64,000 nt of DNA from Piromyces finnis finn. Taxonomy: Eukaryota > Fungi > Neocallimastigomycota. A program made the translations under genes and the position numbers. The notes beneath the pieces were generated by a model. It saw only the letters and a list, made by a program, of their open reading frames with translations, did not search any database and was not told the origin of the DNA. The stretch is taken from assembly GCA_002104945.1 (NCBI GenBank), contig MCFH01000021.1, forward strand, positions 756,239 to 820,238. Reading direction: 5' to 3'. Shown in pieces: positions 1 to 16,840 of this stretch. The number at the start of each line of letters is the position of its first letter. Position 1 is the first letter of the stretch.

Positions 1-73
1 CCAACATTGGTTGTGGTGGAACACCCATTTGTACAGGTGCTGCTACAGGTGCTGCTTGTGTAGTTGCACTCAT
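1..73 (-). CDS. 5' start of a gene running off the window edge (MSATTQAAPVAAPVQMGVPPQPML...), product unknown
   Basis: ATG at 73-71 preceded by an A-rich context on the minus strand. GC-richer open frame to base 1 with an Ala/Pro/Gln-rich translation. Only 24 codons are visible. Confidence 0.6.
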   Translation of the reverse strand, partial: MSATTQAAPVAAPVQMGVPPQPML

Positions 74-2144
74 TTTATTCTATTTTAATAAAAAATAAAA
101 TATATTAATAAATATTATTATTTTAACATTATTAAATTATTTACTTATTAGTAAAAAAGAGTTTTTATTAATTATAAAATTAAATAATCAATATCTATTA
201 TAACATTAATAAAAGTATTGTTGATTAAAAAGATTTCACTAGAATGAATACTTTAAGTTATAAGCTTAAATCTATTATAAGTTTAAATAATCTGATTTTA
301 ATAATTTAATGTTTCTGTATGAAATTTTAAAATTGACTTTATTTTAAATAAATTCCGGTTAAATTATTAATTTTATATATTTATAATTTATTGAAATATT
401 AAATTTGCAATGTCATTTATCATTTTTTGCGTATAATTTATTTTTCAAATGTCTTGTAATAAATAAATTTATAACTTCTTATTATTTTAAACTTTATTTA
501 AATTTAAATTTATATTTTTTTAGCTTTTTTTGTTTATGAATGATTTTATAAAGATTTTAATGAAAAAAATCCCCTTTATATTTTTGGTTGTCAAATTGAT
601 TTATAAATAATATTATTGTTTCTTACTTTATATATTATTAAAAAAAAATAATTACTTTTAATTCCTGTATTTGTTAAAAGTGAAACTTTGAAAAAAAATT
701 ATTGATTTACTCTCTAAATACAATAATTACAAATATTATAACTACAATATTAACTATATATGATTGGTTGTATAAATACAATATGTATTAATGTATTATC
801 CAACAAATTATATTTACTTATAGAAAAAAGTACTATAATAATGAATCTATATAAAAAAAAAAAGAAATATTATAAATAAATAATGAAATATAAATATATA
901 ATAAATTGAATAAATATTCACATCTATTTAATAATTAAAGAAGAATAATTATAGAGCAATCTCTTTTTTTTTAAGTATTTTTTATATTTTATTAATTTTT
1001 TTATTTCTACTATATTTTTATTATAAATGATTATTTGTTACCAAAAAAAAAAAAAAAAAAAAAAAAATATTTATAATTAAAATGTTTGTTACACAAATAT
1101 TTCTTTTTAAAATTACCACTTTAAAAAAGTGCTAATCTTGATTTTTTTTTTTTATTATTATAGTTTAATTAGTTCTTTATATTAAAATTTTAATAAAATC
1201 ACTTGTAATAAAAATAATACTGATTGTTATTATTAGAATAGATAATGATAATTAAAAACATATTTATCCATTATCTTTTAAATTGTAATATGTTATTACA
1301 ATTTAAAATAAAAGGAATTTAGTTAGAATTTAATTTTTCTCATTTTAAGTTACTTTATTAATAAAAAACATTGAAGATGCTAACGATTAAAGAGATAAAA
1401 ATGATAAAAATGTTAAACTATTATATTCATTTTTATCAATAATTATTCTTTTACGAATTATTTAATAAAGCATTTAGTTATATATAAAAAAAACATAATT
1501 ACTTTGATAATTTGTATTTTTGTTTAAGTCTCTTTATTTCAACATCTAAAAAAGTATGAAGATAAATTTTATGCAATTTAATTAATTAAAAAAAAAGAAA
1601 AAAAAAGAAATAATATCATTGTTATTATAACAAAATTATTTTTATATTATTATTAATATATTCTATTAGTAATTATTATTTCAAAAATAATAATGAATGA
1701 TAATTGTTAATATTTTGTTTTTTGTACGTAAAATATTTCGAAAACTTTTTATTATTTTTTTTAAAAATGAATCAAATATTGTTATTACATTTATATATAG
1801 AATTTAAAAGAATTAAAAATAATATAAAATATTAAATTTTATTTTTTTATTTAATTAAAATTAAAACCTTAAATATAAAAAATAAAATTTTAAACTAAAT
1901 ATAATTTTTATTAAAAAACAAAAAATAGTAATTATTAAAAAAGAAAAAGAAAAACAAATTATTTTTCAAATATACACACACAAGACAAAGAAAAATAGAA
2001 AAAAAAAATATAAAGGGTTTGTTTTGATTTTGATTTAATATTTGTAACATAAATAAATAAAGGAATTAGTAGAAGTAATTTATATTTAAATTAATAAAAT
2101 TAAAGGAAACAATATTTTACATTTGTAAATTAATAAATAGAAAA

Positions 2145-2855
2145 ATGCCAGGTGATAATCGGGGTGAATATACTAGATTAGGAAGTAATGGCACTGAAAA
2201 AAAGAGTTTAAGAAAGTTAAGTTTTAAAAAAATATGTAAGTACTTTAATGTATATAATATTACCATTATTAATATTTTATTAAACTAAAAGTATATTATT
2301 TTAATTACAATTTTTAAAAATAATTATTGTTTTTAGTATGGATTTCATTATCTGTATATCTTGTTTTCTTTACAGATTTTGGAAAATTATTAATCAATGA
2401 TAAAGAGAATAAATTAATAAAGTAATTATAGTGTTTCATTATTATATTTATTTTTGAATATATTTAAATAATATTTAAAAATATAGGAATTGTAAAGGAA
2501 TATAAAGTAAAAATATTAACAATTTATTTTCTGCATATATTAAAATATTATATCAAAATCTTAAAATATTTTAAATTTATGCAGGCCTTTCTTATACATA
2601 GCATACTGTAGTTTTGCTTTATTTGTAGGTTGTATTTTAAATCTTACAGTCTATTTACCTAAAGTAAAAAAGGTTAAAGTTGATTTTAAAGATTGGCAAC
2701 ACAACATTAAAAAGCCAATTCAATTGACAACAGTTAGTATTATTGTTTCATATATTTGCTCTTCAATTGCATTCTGGCCAGTTTATGGTTTTGTTAGTTT
2801 TATCTTAATTTTAATTTGTTGTCTTGGTGGTGTTTCTCTTGTTGCCTTAATTTAA
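2145..2855 (+). CDS. TMEM128-like small multi-pass membrane protein (3 exons)
   Basis: Hand-spliced: MPGDNRGEYTRLGS...KKI|LWISLSVYLVFFTDFGK...|PFLYIAYCSFALFVGCILNLTVYLPKVKKVKVDFKDWQHNIKKPIQLTTVSIIVSYICSSIAFWPVYGFVSFILILICCLGGVSLVALI*. Four hydrophobic segments. The YLP..DW..P...T...AFWPV pattern recalls TMEM128 (from memory, not searched). Confidence 0.65.
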
Positions 2856-3497
2856 TAAATTAAAAAAAGAATAAAGACATAAAGAATAGATAAATTATTT
2901 TTAGAATATTTCAATAAACAAAACAATAAAGAATTTTTATACTTTAATTATTTAAATAAAAAAGGAAAAAAAAAAACAATATAACATTCATATTTGATTT
3001 AAAAAGAATGAATAATAGTATTGTTTTATTTGCATTTACAATTAATTATTATTTGGAAATACATAAATATAAAAAAAAAATAAAAAAAAATTAATAAAAA
3101 TTTAAAAATTGCATCTTAAAATAAAATCAATTTCTTTATATATATAGGCTTTTATTAATATTAGAATTGTATTAGTCATACTATAAAATATTTATTTCTT
3201 TCTTTCAATTCAATGATTATATAAGAGTGTTTTTTTTTTAATATAATAAATGTATCACAAAAAAGACAAATATTAATAAAATTTTATTTTCTAAAAATAA
3301 TGTGCTTTATATTAATATTTAAACTCAGAACTCAGAATAATAAAAAATTAAAATATATATTTAAATTTTGTTGTATACTACAACTTACGATCTTAATAAA
3401 ATATTTTTAATGTTTAATAATAATACTGAATTTAAACTACATAAATATATAAAAACCATTATTTAATTTATCTTCTTAAACAATTATTAAAAATAAA

Positions 3498-6348
3498 ATG
3501 TTAAAAGGACCATCTGATAATGATGATAGTCATTCTGAATATTCTGAATATTCTGAATCATATACATCTTGTAATTACCACTTATTAATTATATATATTT
3601 AAATAGATTATATTATCGAAATTATTAATATTTACATGAATATTATTGAATAAAATATATTCTTTCGAAAGCAAGTCAATCTTGTACTGAAGAATCAAGT
3701 TCAAGTGAATATAGCAGTGATGAAGAAGAAGAAGAAGAGTTTGTAGAAGGTTCTAACATGAATATCATGGATGAAAAACTTATGAGTTCTCTTAAAAATA
3801 AAGTAAAAATTAAAAAATAAAACTATAATTCATTTTATAAAAAAACACAGTCATTTTAATAAAAATATATAATTCTTATCTTTAAAAATTATATATTTTA
3901 GAAACTTGTGGCCTTATATGATTATGTTGGCTCAACAGATGATGAAATATCATGTAGTCAAGGAGATGAATTTTTATTTATTCAATGTGATACTCCAGAT
4001 TGGTGGTAAATATATTATATTTTTAAATATTTATATATTATGCTTTTCATATTACCTTGAAAACCAGCTACAAAATTATTAACTTTATTAAAAATATGTT
4101 ATTTAGGTATGTTAAGTCAATTGATAACAAGGTATATGGTTATTTACCAAGAACATATGTTCAATTCGTAGAAGATATTGATTTAGAAAAAGGTTGTGGA
4201 CTATTTCTTTCATATATATATGAAATTTATATTTAAACATTCAAATATTTATTTTTTAATTATTATAATACTATATTATCAAAAAGAATTAACAAAAGTA
4301 TTAGTTGAATCAAATAAATTTTTTATTGAGCCTGATTTAATAAAAAAAAACATTCAATTGAAATCAAACAAAAAAACTGAAAAAATTATTCAAAATATTT
4401 TGGATGAAAGTAAAAGTGATATGTCTTTATCATATTTATCAAGATTAAGAAATGAAGGTTGATATCTAGAAATATTATTTATACCTAACCATATTATACT
4501 TATATATGATATTAAATATATTACTTTTTCCCAATTTTAATGGGAAATAATAAATTAATAGGAAAAGGTTCTATGAAGGAAATGTTTATGCCAGTATTAG
4601 ATAAAGCAGGAATTAACTTTAAGGATTTATATTTAGATCCAAATACTAAAACTGTAAATTGAAAAAATAAATATATTATCTTGAAAAAATCAATATATAC
4701 ATAATATTAATAAAATAATATAAAGTTATACCCAATTATATCTCAATGTACATCAGCATTTAGTATAATATCTGCAAAAAATATTGAACAAGTATCACCA
4801 ATATTTGATATTCATAACTACTATGTTAAAATGGCTTTATTTAGAAATTCTGTTTTATGTGGCAATATTCATAATATACCTGCTACACCATCAACTGATT
4901 CAAATTCAACTTGGAAATTTTCATCAAAAGTATTATTAAATTTAATTATCTGCTTATATTAATTCTTACTTTTATAAAAATAATGTAAGTAATATTTATT
5001 TTTTATTTTTTAGTCTTCCATTTTATTCCCAGGTGATGATGAAAATACATGTTTCGTTAGATCTAATAATAGCGATTATAATATATATATATTATTTGAA
5101 CTATGTGTAACAGTGTCATTAAAAGAAGACAAAGAAAATGATGAAAATAATAATAATATAGAAAAAACTTCATTTAAAAAAACTAATAATGTTACAGGTA
5201 TAAAATAAAAAATATATAAATAATAGGAATAGATATATTTTTATTAGGACATATTATAATATATTTTGAATAATATAAATAATATTAGATATATGCTGCG
5301 GATGGGGACTCTTTCCATTATTTACTCCAGATGGGGGTCCAATAGAAAATAGGACATATGAAATTAAGTTAAATTCTGGTATACCATTTGAAGAAAAAAA
5401 GAAAAATTCAAATATCGAAAAAAAAGGTATATATTTATTAATTATTTTATATTTTTATTAAATGTATAGAAATAAAAAAATAATTTATTTATTTCCTAAT
5501 AATTTTTATAGGAATTTTCCAATCTATTTTAGGAACTGATAAAAATCCAAAATTAAACATACGTGTATGGAAACTAGGGAAATCTATGCTAAATCAAATA
5601 AAGTAAATAAATAACTATATAATAATTATTGTACAAAAATCAAATTCTTATCATTAATAATAATAATAATTAATTTAAAACTTAATATATTTAAATCTTC
5701 AGTATGCTTCCAATAAATATAATATCATTTATTTCAATTGTTCCAGTATTGTCTATATATAGAAGTTATATAGCTCAAATATTACATAATATCCCTAATA
5801 AAAGTATATTAGAGCCAAAATTTAATCCAGTTTTGGCAATTATGCCAAGAATTGGTGAATATCCAGAATTGTTACGTTATTTAGCATTGGTATGGGATTA
5901 CAAATATAAATCTTTGAAAAGATCTGAAAAAGTAAATATAATTATTATATATTGAACATTTTAAATAATCTAATAAAAGAATTAAGTATTAAATATATAA
6001 TTATTATATACAATATAGAAACAATTTTCTTCATTGATTCAACATTTTAAGGATTGTGTTTTAACTGTTTGGCCACTTATTAGTTTATTAGATTCTGATA
6101 ATATTGTAATTATCTACTTTTAATAAATAAATAATGAAAATAAAATAGAATAAAATAATAATTAAAATTGTATATTTTAATATATGCAGAATATATTAAG
6201 TTCAGGTATTAGTTTAATTCAACAAAAAGGACCTATAGCATGTTTACTTAATGAAACTGGAGAATTTGGATTTAAGCCTTTTGATATGGAAGAACTAACA
6301 TTTGACTATCTAAATTATGTTGAATCTAAAAACGAAAAATCTACATAA
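3498..6348 (+). CDS. NPHP1: Nephrocystin-1 homolog (acidic stretch + SH3 + C2/nephrocystin homology domain), multi-exon ciliary transition-zone protein
   Basis: Spliced exons give an acidic tract (SSDEEEEEE), an SH3 domain (VALYDYVGSTDDEISCSQGDEFLFIQCDTPDWW|YVKSIDNKVYGYLPRTYV), then NPHP1-like motifs: NFKDLYLD, GNIHNIPA, TCFVRSN...ILFELCV, ICCGWGLFPLF...TYEIKLNSGIPFE, WDYKYKSLKRSEK and FKPFDMEELTFDYL*. These parallel human CFIRSN/ELSCGW/STLKRSEK/EPFDLSEQTYDFL. ORF-track pieces 4196-4462 and 5704-5955 each contain an exon of this gene plus flanking intron. Confidence 0.9.
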
Positions 6349-7234
6349 TAAAAAATTAAATTATAATTTAAAAAAAAAATAAAGTAATCTCTATTTTAGA
6401 TATTTAATTATTTATATGTAAAATTAATAATATCATAAACTTGATATTAAAATTAATTAATATTGTCTGAAATATTTTATTTCAAATAATAAACTATATT
6501 GAGATTTAAATGATATTGAAAAATATTTCAATTAAAATATTAATTATTAATATTTAAAAAGAGTAAATTAATATAACATTACACTAATTATAAATATAAA
6601 CCTTTGCATTTATAACAATTTATGTAATTATTATGTATCAAAAACTATAAAAAATAATATTATTTATATTAATTCAAAAATAGAATAAACCATAATTAAC
6701 ATTATTAAGAATGTTATAATTAAACGAAACTTTAATAAATAATAATGGAAAAAAAATTATTATATAAATTTAAAATAAAGGTGCATTAATTAATAATTGA
6801 TTTGGAAAAATTATATACTTAATGTATCATCTTATTCATTTCTATAGAAACAGGATAAAAATCCTCATATAATATATATATAATAAACTTTCAAGTTTTA
6901 TTATTAATATTTTAATTATAATTATAGTTTATATTCATAACATCTTTTCTATATATCAAAATAAAAATTATATTAAATTATACTTTTTTTCAATAATGAT
7001 ATTATTTAATTTTTTTATCTTTTTTTCTTCTATTTTTTTTTTCTTGAATACTTTCAGAATTAGGAAAAACATTATTTCTTTATATATGAAATTATTTGAA
7101 ATGAAAACTTAATAAAATATATATAAATAATTTAAAAAGAATAACAAAATAAATAATACTAATTAATTATTTTTATATCTGTATAAATTATTTGATAAAG
7201 CTATTTAAAAACACATAAATTATAATAAATAAAT

Positions 7235-9787
<2,553 letters not shown>

Positions 9788-10017
9788 AAAATTTATATTT
9801 TATAATATTATATTAAATTTTGTAACAATATATACAATTATTTTAAAAAGAGAAAAAGAAAAGAAATATATAATAGAATAGAATAAATCATTTAGTATTC
9901 ACTATTTAACATTTTAAAAAACTACTAATATATAACTATTAATAGAGAAATATTAATTTATTATTTATTATATAATAAAACATTTCTATTATAATTACTA
10001 TTATATTATTGATATAA

Positions 10018-10048
<31 letters not shown>

Positions 10049-10248
10049 CTTTATTAAAAGTTATTAGAGTGGTTAAATAAATTTATTATATTATTTATTT
10101 TAATATATAATTTTTTGAGAAAGTTATGTGTATTTTTAATTTTAATAGTTTTGTTATTTTTTTCTATTATATTATAAAATAGTGTAAATAGGTGTAATAA
10201 TTAAAAGATAATACATTTATAAATTGTAATATAAAAAAGTCTATAGTA

Positions 10249-13200
10249 TCATTCTTTAGGTATTGGTACGGTCTTATATAAAAGTTGAATTAAACCTCTA
10301 GATTCAATCAAAAATTGATTGTATTTGTCACCATACTCTTTCTTCATGTTTTAATATTGTAATTAAAAATATTTTATGTATAGTATTATTAAATGTTTAT
10401 ATATATATATATTAATAATGGAATTAAAATAAGAAATATTAATAATATAAATGATAAATACCTCTACTGTATCAACAACATTATTTATTTTTCTTATTTT
10501 TTCACATAATTTTTTAAATTCAGCTTTTTTATCATTTAATGATAAAGGATTTGTAACAAAAGTTCCATTTTTAATTTCTGTATAAAATTTACTTCTTTTC
10601 TGAAGTATTAATTTCGCATTTATGAGCTATTTTATGTAATAAAAAAATATTATATTTAAATTATTAATCAATATTATATTAATTTAGAGAAGAATAAAAA
10701 AAAAAACAAAATTTTAAATACATTATTTTTTTTATTGTATTTCTTTTCATATTCTTGTAATAAATTTGTTTGTCTTTTTTCTAAAAAATCGCATGTTTCT
10801 TTTATTGATGAAGATTGTTCATCTAATTGATGTTGTGTGTTTGATAAAGTCGAAATTTCTTTATCACATTCTCTTAAATCACTTGAAATAATTTTTATTT
10901 TTTTCTGAAGATCAATTATTGCTTTATTATGTTGGGTTTGGACATTATTCATTGTATTGGGTTTAGAATAACCCCTATTTATAAGAATATATATAAAATT
11001 TAACATTAATATTAAAAACATTATAATATTAATTTTTAATGATATTTAAAATTACTTCATCTGAATATATTCTCTTCTATATACAGCTTTCTCCATTTCA
11101 ACAATCATTTTTTCTTGTAACCTCAATAAACCTTTCAATCTTAATTTCATTCGATGAATTTCAAGTTTCATATCTCTAATTTCTGTCGAACCAATATTAG
11201 GATCTAATGCAGCTTGAGTTTCTTTAGTTAATTGAATCTTCTTTTCCCATAACATCATTTGTCGTCTATTTTATCGAAATATTTAATTTATAATGTTAAT
11301 TGAAAATTTATATATATTAATATACATATTTTTAAATATAAATTACTCAGATTCTATCAATCCATTTAATGCTTTTTCTTTTTCATTTTTCAGTGATTCT
11401 AATTTTTCTTCTAATCTTAATAAATTAATTGATGATTCCTAATATTTCATTATTTTAACATTAAATTTAATATTTGAAAATGTCTAACATTTAAACCCTA
11501 TCTCATTATAGTATTAATATCATTAAAATACCTTTAATCTTGCTTTAAATTCATTTTCTAAATCTAAATTGTTTTCTATTAATTTTGATTGAACATCAAC
11601 ATTTTTGGAAATAAGGGTATTAATTTTAACCATATCATGTTGAAGTTGTTTAATATTTCTATCATGTTCTTTTATTTCTTTTTCTTCATTATCAATTTTG
11701 GCTATAATAAATATTAGAAATTTATACAAATTAATTAAATTGAACAATCTTTTTGAATAAAAAATGTTGTAAAAACTATTATTGAAAATTTACTATTAAT
11801 AACAATTCTTTTTCTATCCAAAATTGAAGAGCGCATTTTCAAATCTTGTATTTCCTCGGACATTTTTGAATTCTTTTTGGACAAATTAATTAAATCGGTT
11901 TGAGATCTTATCCATAACTGTTGCATTTCATAATATTCTTTTTCTTTTTGTGATACAGCTTTCATTAAATTATTAATTGTTGCTTCCATTGGACCAACAT
12001 ATTCCTCCTATTAATAATATTATCAATATAATATTTTAATATATATATATAGCAAAAAAAATATTGGAAGAAATAACTTAGACATACATCATTAACATTT
12101 TTTAATTCATCAAATTTTTTATTTAACGCGTCTATTTCAGATTGTCTTTTCTCAATAACTGTATTTTGTCTTTTAATTTCTAATTCATATTTATCAATCA
12201 TTTTCTTCTTTATTTCCATTTCATTTTGAATGTCTTTACTTTTTTCTCTTAATCTATCTAATATCCCATCTAAGTTTAATGATTGTAATTCGAGTTTTGC
12301 TATTTCATTTTCTGTCTTGGCAATAACATCTTCCTGTATAATTGTAAATATATATTGAATTAAAACTTAGAAAATACAGAAAATCATAAATTTATATCAT
12401 TTATCTATTTTTTTTTGTTTGAAAAACAAATAATTACCTTTTCATTTATTTTTATTTTTAAATTACTCCTATCTCGTTCGGCACCATGTGCCCCTTTTTT
12501 TAAATATAATTGATCCTGAAGTAAACTCATTATTTCTTCTTCTATTTTTTTTGTAGAAAATTTCATTTGAGTAATTTGCTTTTGAAAATTCATATCCTCA
12601 ATTTCTAATAATTTTTGATCCTAATGAATAAATATAAATGAATATAAAAGAAATTAAAAATTAAGTATATTATGTTTATTATTCTTTATATTATTATGAA
12701 TAAAATAGATGTTTATGTACTTGAGAAGCTTTTTCTAATTCCATTTCTGTATTACTTAAACTTTTGGAATAAAGTAAAAATGTTTCTTTATTTTTATCAA
12801 TATTTTCTCTAACATTTGATAATTGTTTTTTTGTAAAAGCAATTTCAGATTCTAGACGATTGGATAATCCTGTTAATGATTCATTTCTTTCTTGAACCTG
12901 ATTTAATGAATGTTTAAATCCATTGATAACACCTTCCTTTGTTAATATTTCACTCTTTAATGTTCTATTAAGTACAATAATATATATTGATGATTATTAA
13001 AATAATGTATATAAAATAAATTATTATTAATAATGTATCAATTTTTTAACCTTATATCTTCATTTAATTTTTTAATAATATCTTCACGTTTTTGAAGTGC
13101 GAATACACTACTATTCCATTGATTTAATAATTGTCGTTTTTCAAATGTCATTGCCTTAATTATTTAAGTAAAAATTTAACAAAAAATAATAATTAATTAA

Positions 13201-14717
13201 ACTTCAAAAATGATATCTACTACACTAAAATTAAAATAATAACCTCCATTTCCATTTCAGCTTCGTGTAATGTTTCATGTGCTGCTTTTGATTCTTTTGA
13301 TTGTGCATGATATTGAGAATCATATAAAGCAAGTTTTTCTTTTAATTTTTGTAATTGGGTTGTTAATTTATCTATATAGAAATCCTATTTTAAATATATT
13401 GTATAAGAAATACTATTAAATTAAAATAAATAATATGTATTATATTAATTACTTGTCTTTTTTTCTCAATTTCTTGTTTAACTATATCTTCTTCTGTTTT
13501 TAATGTTGTTCTTTTTACTACACTAATTTGTGATTTCAATTCTTCATGATATAAATCAACTTGTTTTATTGTTTGATTAATCTTTTCAAGTTCTGTTTTG
13601 TGAACTTCAACTATTTAATAATAAATTATATTAATGCCAATGTTATACAAATATTCAAATATTAATATAAATATAAAAATTAATTAAAATATTAATTTAC
13701 CAGCATCTGAAAATTTTTTCATTTTTTCGTTTTCTTCATTATATTTATTATTTAATTCAGTTAATAACTGTTCAGCATCTGCTCTATACTTTCTTATGGC
13801 ACTTTCATTATCTCTTATTGTTTCAAGTGAAACTTGAGCATTTGCCAACTGTTGTTGAATATTATATAATTCTACACCAACATCTTCTCTTTGTTGCATC
13901 TTTTTTCTTAATGTTTCTTTCTATTATTAAGAAATTTATCATTGTATATTTATTTTTTTTATGGATTAGTAATCTAATATTAATTATTTTATCTATAATA
14001 TAATTATTACCTTTTCTAACAAATCTAATTGTAGTTTTTGATTACGGCTTGTTAACTGTTTAAAAAGTAATTCTTGAACAGGTTTCATTAATTCCTATTT
14101 AATAATTAATAATGCAAACATTAAAATAATATGAATATGAGTATTTGTTTTTTTTTTCATTCTTTTATTTAATACTTATAAAATTATGTTATAATATTTA
14201 ATGGAATATTAATCATTACATGTTCAGGATCAATTAGCGCGTTGTTATCCTCTTCTTGTTCTCTTTGTATCCTTTCATTTTCTTCTTGCTCAAACTTTAA
14301 TCTTTCTGCTTCAATATCGCTTGCTTTATGAATTTCACCAGTTTCAAAATGGCCTTCATTAACATGGTCTTGAATATATTGTAAAACAAAAGAGTTATCT
14401 AAATTCTCTTTTTTAAATAAATTGTCTTTTTCTTCGTCTGTTAATATTGTCGAAGTTTTCGAATTTTGATTTGTATCATCAGTTGATGATACACCTTTAC
14501 CAGAAAGAAATTTATTTTTTATATTATCTACATTCTCGACTTTATAATTAACAATATTTACATCCTTTTCTAAATCTTGAATTGTATTATTAATATTAAG
14601 AGCTTTCTTTTTTTTATCTAGTTTATCTTTTAATTGGTTTATAACATCATCATCACTATCACTATCTAAATTATCATTTCCTACATTATTTATATTTAAT
14701 TCATCATTAATATTCAT
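10249..14717 (-). CDS. CCDC40: Coiled-coil domain-containing protein 40 (axonemal 96-nm ruler), multi-exon
   Basis: Exons include [42 protein letters not shown]...[11 protein letters not shown] and [62 protein letters not shown]. These match the characteristic CCDC40 C-terminal motif. The last exon [30 protein letters not shown] ends at TGA 10251-10249. Confidence 0.9.
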
Positions 14718-15094
14718 TTTGCTAAATATTTATACTTTAAAAAAAAATATATTTGATATTAATAGACAGATAGATATTAATAATTATTCATTTAGAATTA
14801 TTCTAATTCTATATCATTAAATCTCAATAATAGTAGTTTTTAAATGATATTACTACTCAATAATTTAATTTTAAATAATAGAATTAAATTTCTGAATAAT
14901 AAATTTTAATTTGTTTTAAACTGAAATAAATAAAAAAATAAAGTTTAATTTTTTCTTTCAAAAAAATATACAAAAAAGTTTTTAACTAAAAAATCGAAAA
15001 AATAATTTCAAAATATTTTTTCTACTTTTGTTATGAATTAGTTTTAAGTTTTTTTTTTTTTTTTTTGATTAAATAATAAAGCTTTAAGTCATTC

Positions 15095-15125
<31 letters not shown>

Positions 15126-15258
15126 ATAGTGTAAAGAAAATAATGCTTATTATTTCAAATTCAAATGGTTTATATATATATATTTATTTTTCCTTTTTTT
15201 TTTTTTTAAAAAAAAAAAAAAGAGAGAAAGAAAAGATAGTTAATAGAAAATATTTTAT

Positions 15259-15312
15259 TTTTATATTACTTTCGATATATTATAAAGATAAAATATCGAA
15301 AGTAATATAAAA
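15259..15312. repeat. Perfect 20-bp inverted repeat with a 14-nt spacer
   Basis: TTTTATATTACTTTCGATAT (15259-15278) and ATATCGAAAGTAATATAAAA (15293-15312) are exact reverse complements. Confidence 0.85.
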
Positions 15313-15429
15313 TAATATAATATATTTTATAGAATATAAAAATTCATCCACTTATAATATTAATCTATGTTGATGGATTATTTTCTGTTTATAGTTTTCT
15401 TGAAGTTGTTCTTAATTATTAGTATAATT

Positions 15430-15641
<212 letters not shown>

Positions 15642-16186
15642 TAATTCACTATTCTAATTTTTAGTGGTATTATCCATTTTTATTAAGTTAAAAAATTTAA
15701 TTATTATTATTATTATTATAATTAAATTATTTTATTTATTATCAAAATACTTTCAATCCAAATCTTATTTATAATAAATTTTAATTTATCATATTAAATT
15801 AAATAATTATAAATTATTATGTTCAATCTTTTTATTATTCTTAACAATTTTTAAACTTTTTTTTTATTATTAAAACGTTATAGTAAAAATAGATTTTGAT
15901 AAAAGAAAAGAATAAATCATATATAATAAATAATATAATATTGGATATAATACAACACTTTTTAATGTAACCTATTTTTTAATATAATTTATTAATGATT
16001 AAATTTTAAATAACAAAATGTTTAATATAAACAAATGTATAATTAATTTTAATAAAAAAAATAAATAAAATGAATATTATTTAGTAAAATAAAATTCCAA
16101 AAAAAATAAATTAAAATATAAATAAAAAATAACAACATAATGATTTTTTTTTTAATTATATATTAGAATAATATAAAGTTTTAAAA

Positions 16187-16840
16187 ATGGGTGATTACGA
16201 TTATAAGAGAAGAGATAACAGAAGAGACGATAGAAGGGATGATAGAAGAGGTGGCGATAGAAGAGATGACAGAAGAGGTGTCTATGGGGACCGTAGAAGA
16301 GATTATAGAGATGACAGAAGAGATGACAGAAGAATTGGCGATAGAAGAGATGATAGAAGGGGTGGCGATAGAAGAGATGACAGAAGAGGTGGTGGTGACA
16401 GAGGAAGAAGAGATAGAAGAGATTTTGACCGTGGTGACAGATACGGAGATAGAAAGAGATTTGGAGGTGATAGAGGAGGCTTCAGAAATGATCAATTCCC
16501 TCCAGATCCAGAACCAAAGAATTTCAATGAATTCTTTAAAGATGTATGCAGACAATTTCAAATTCAATTAGCAGAAGATTCATATGACTCTTGGAATATT
16601 GATCCAAGAATTAAAAAGGATCCATTACTTCATTGGCCAATTGAAATCGGTGTTAATGCTGCTGATTCACGAAATGATTATGGAGGCATTAACAACTACA
16701 GAGAAAGAGGTGGAAGAAATGATAGAAATGACAGAAACGATAGAAACGATAGAAACGATAGAAACGATAGAAGACCACCACCAAGATCAAGATTATCAAA
16801 TTATGGTTCTAGTTACAATTCATCCTCTAATTACAATTAA
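16187..16840 (+). CDS. Orphan 217-aa Arg/Asp/Gly-repeat protein (possible RNA-binding or condensate protein)
   Basis: A-rich context before the ATG, single exon, GC-richer than the flanks. (RRDD/RRGGD)n N-terminus, a unique ~55-aa core and an (NDR)n C-terminal repeat. Confidence 0.75.
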   Translation: MGDYDYKRRDNRRDDRRDDRRGGDRRDDRRGVYGDRRRDYRDDRRDDRRIGDRRDDRRGGDRRDDRRGGGDRGRRDRRDFDRGDRYGDRKRFGGDRGGFRNDQFPPDPEPKNFNEFFKDVCRQFQIQLAEDSYDSWNIDPRIKKDPLLHWPIEIGVNAADSRNDYGGINNYRERGGRNDRNDRNDRNDRNDRNDRRPPPRSRLSNYGSSYNSSSNYN

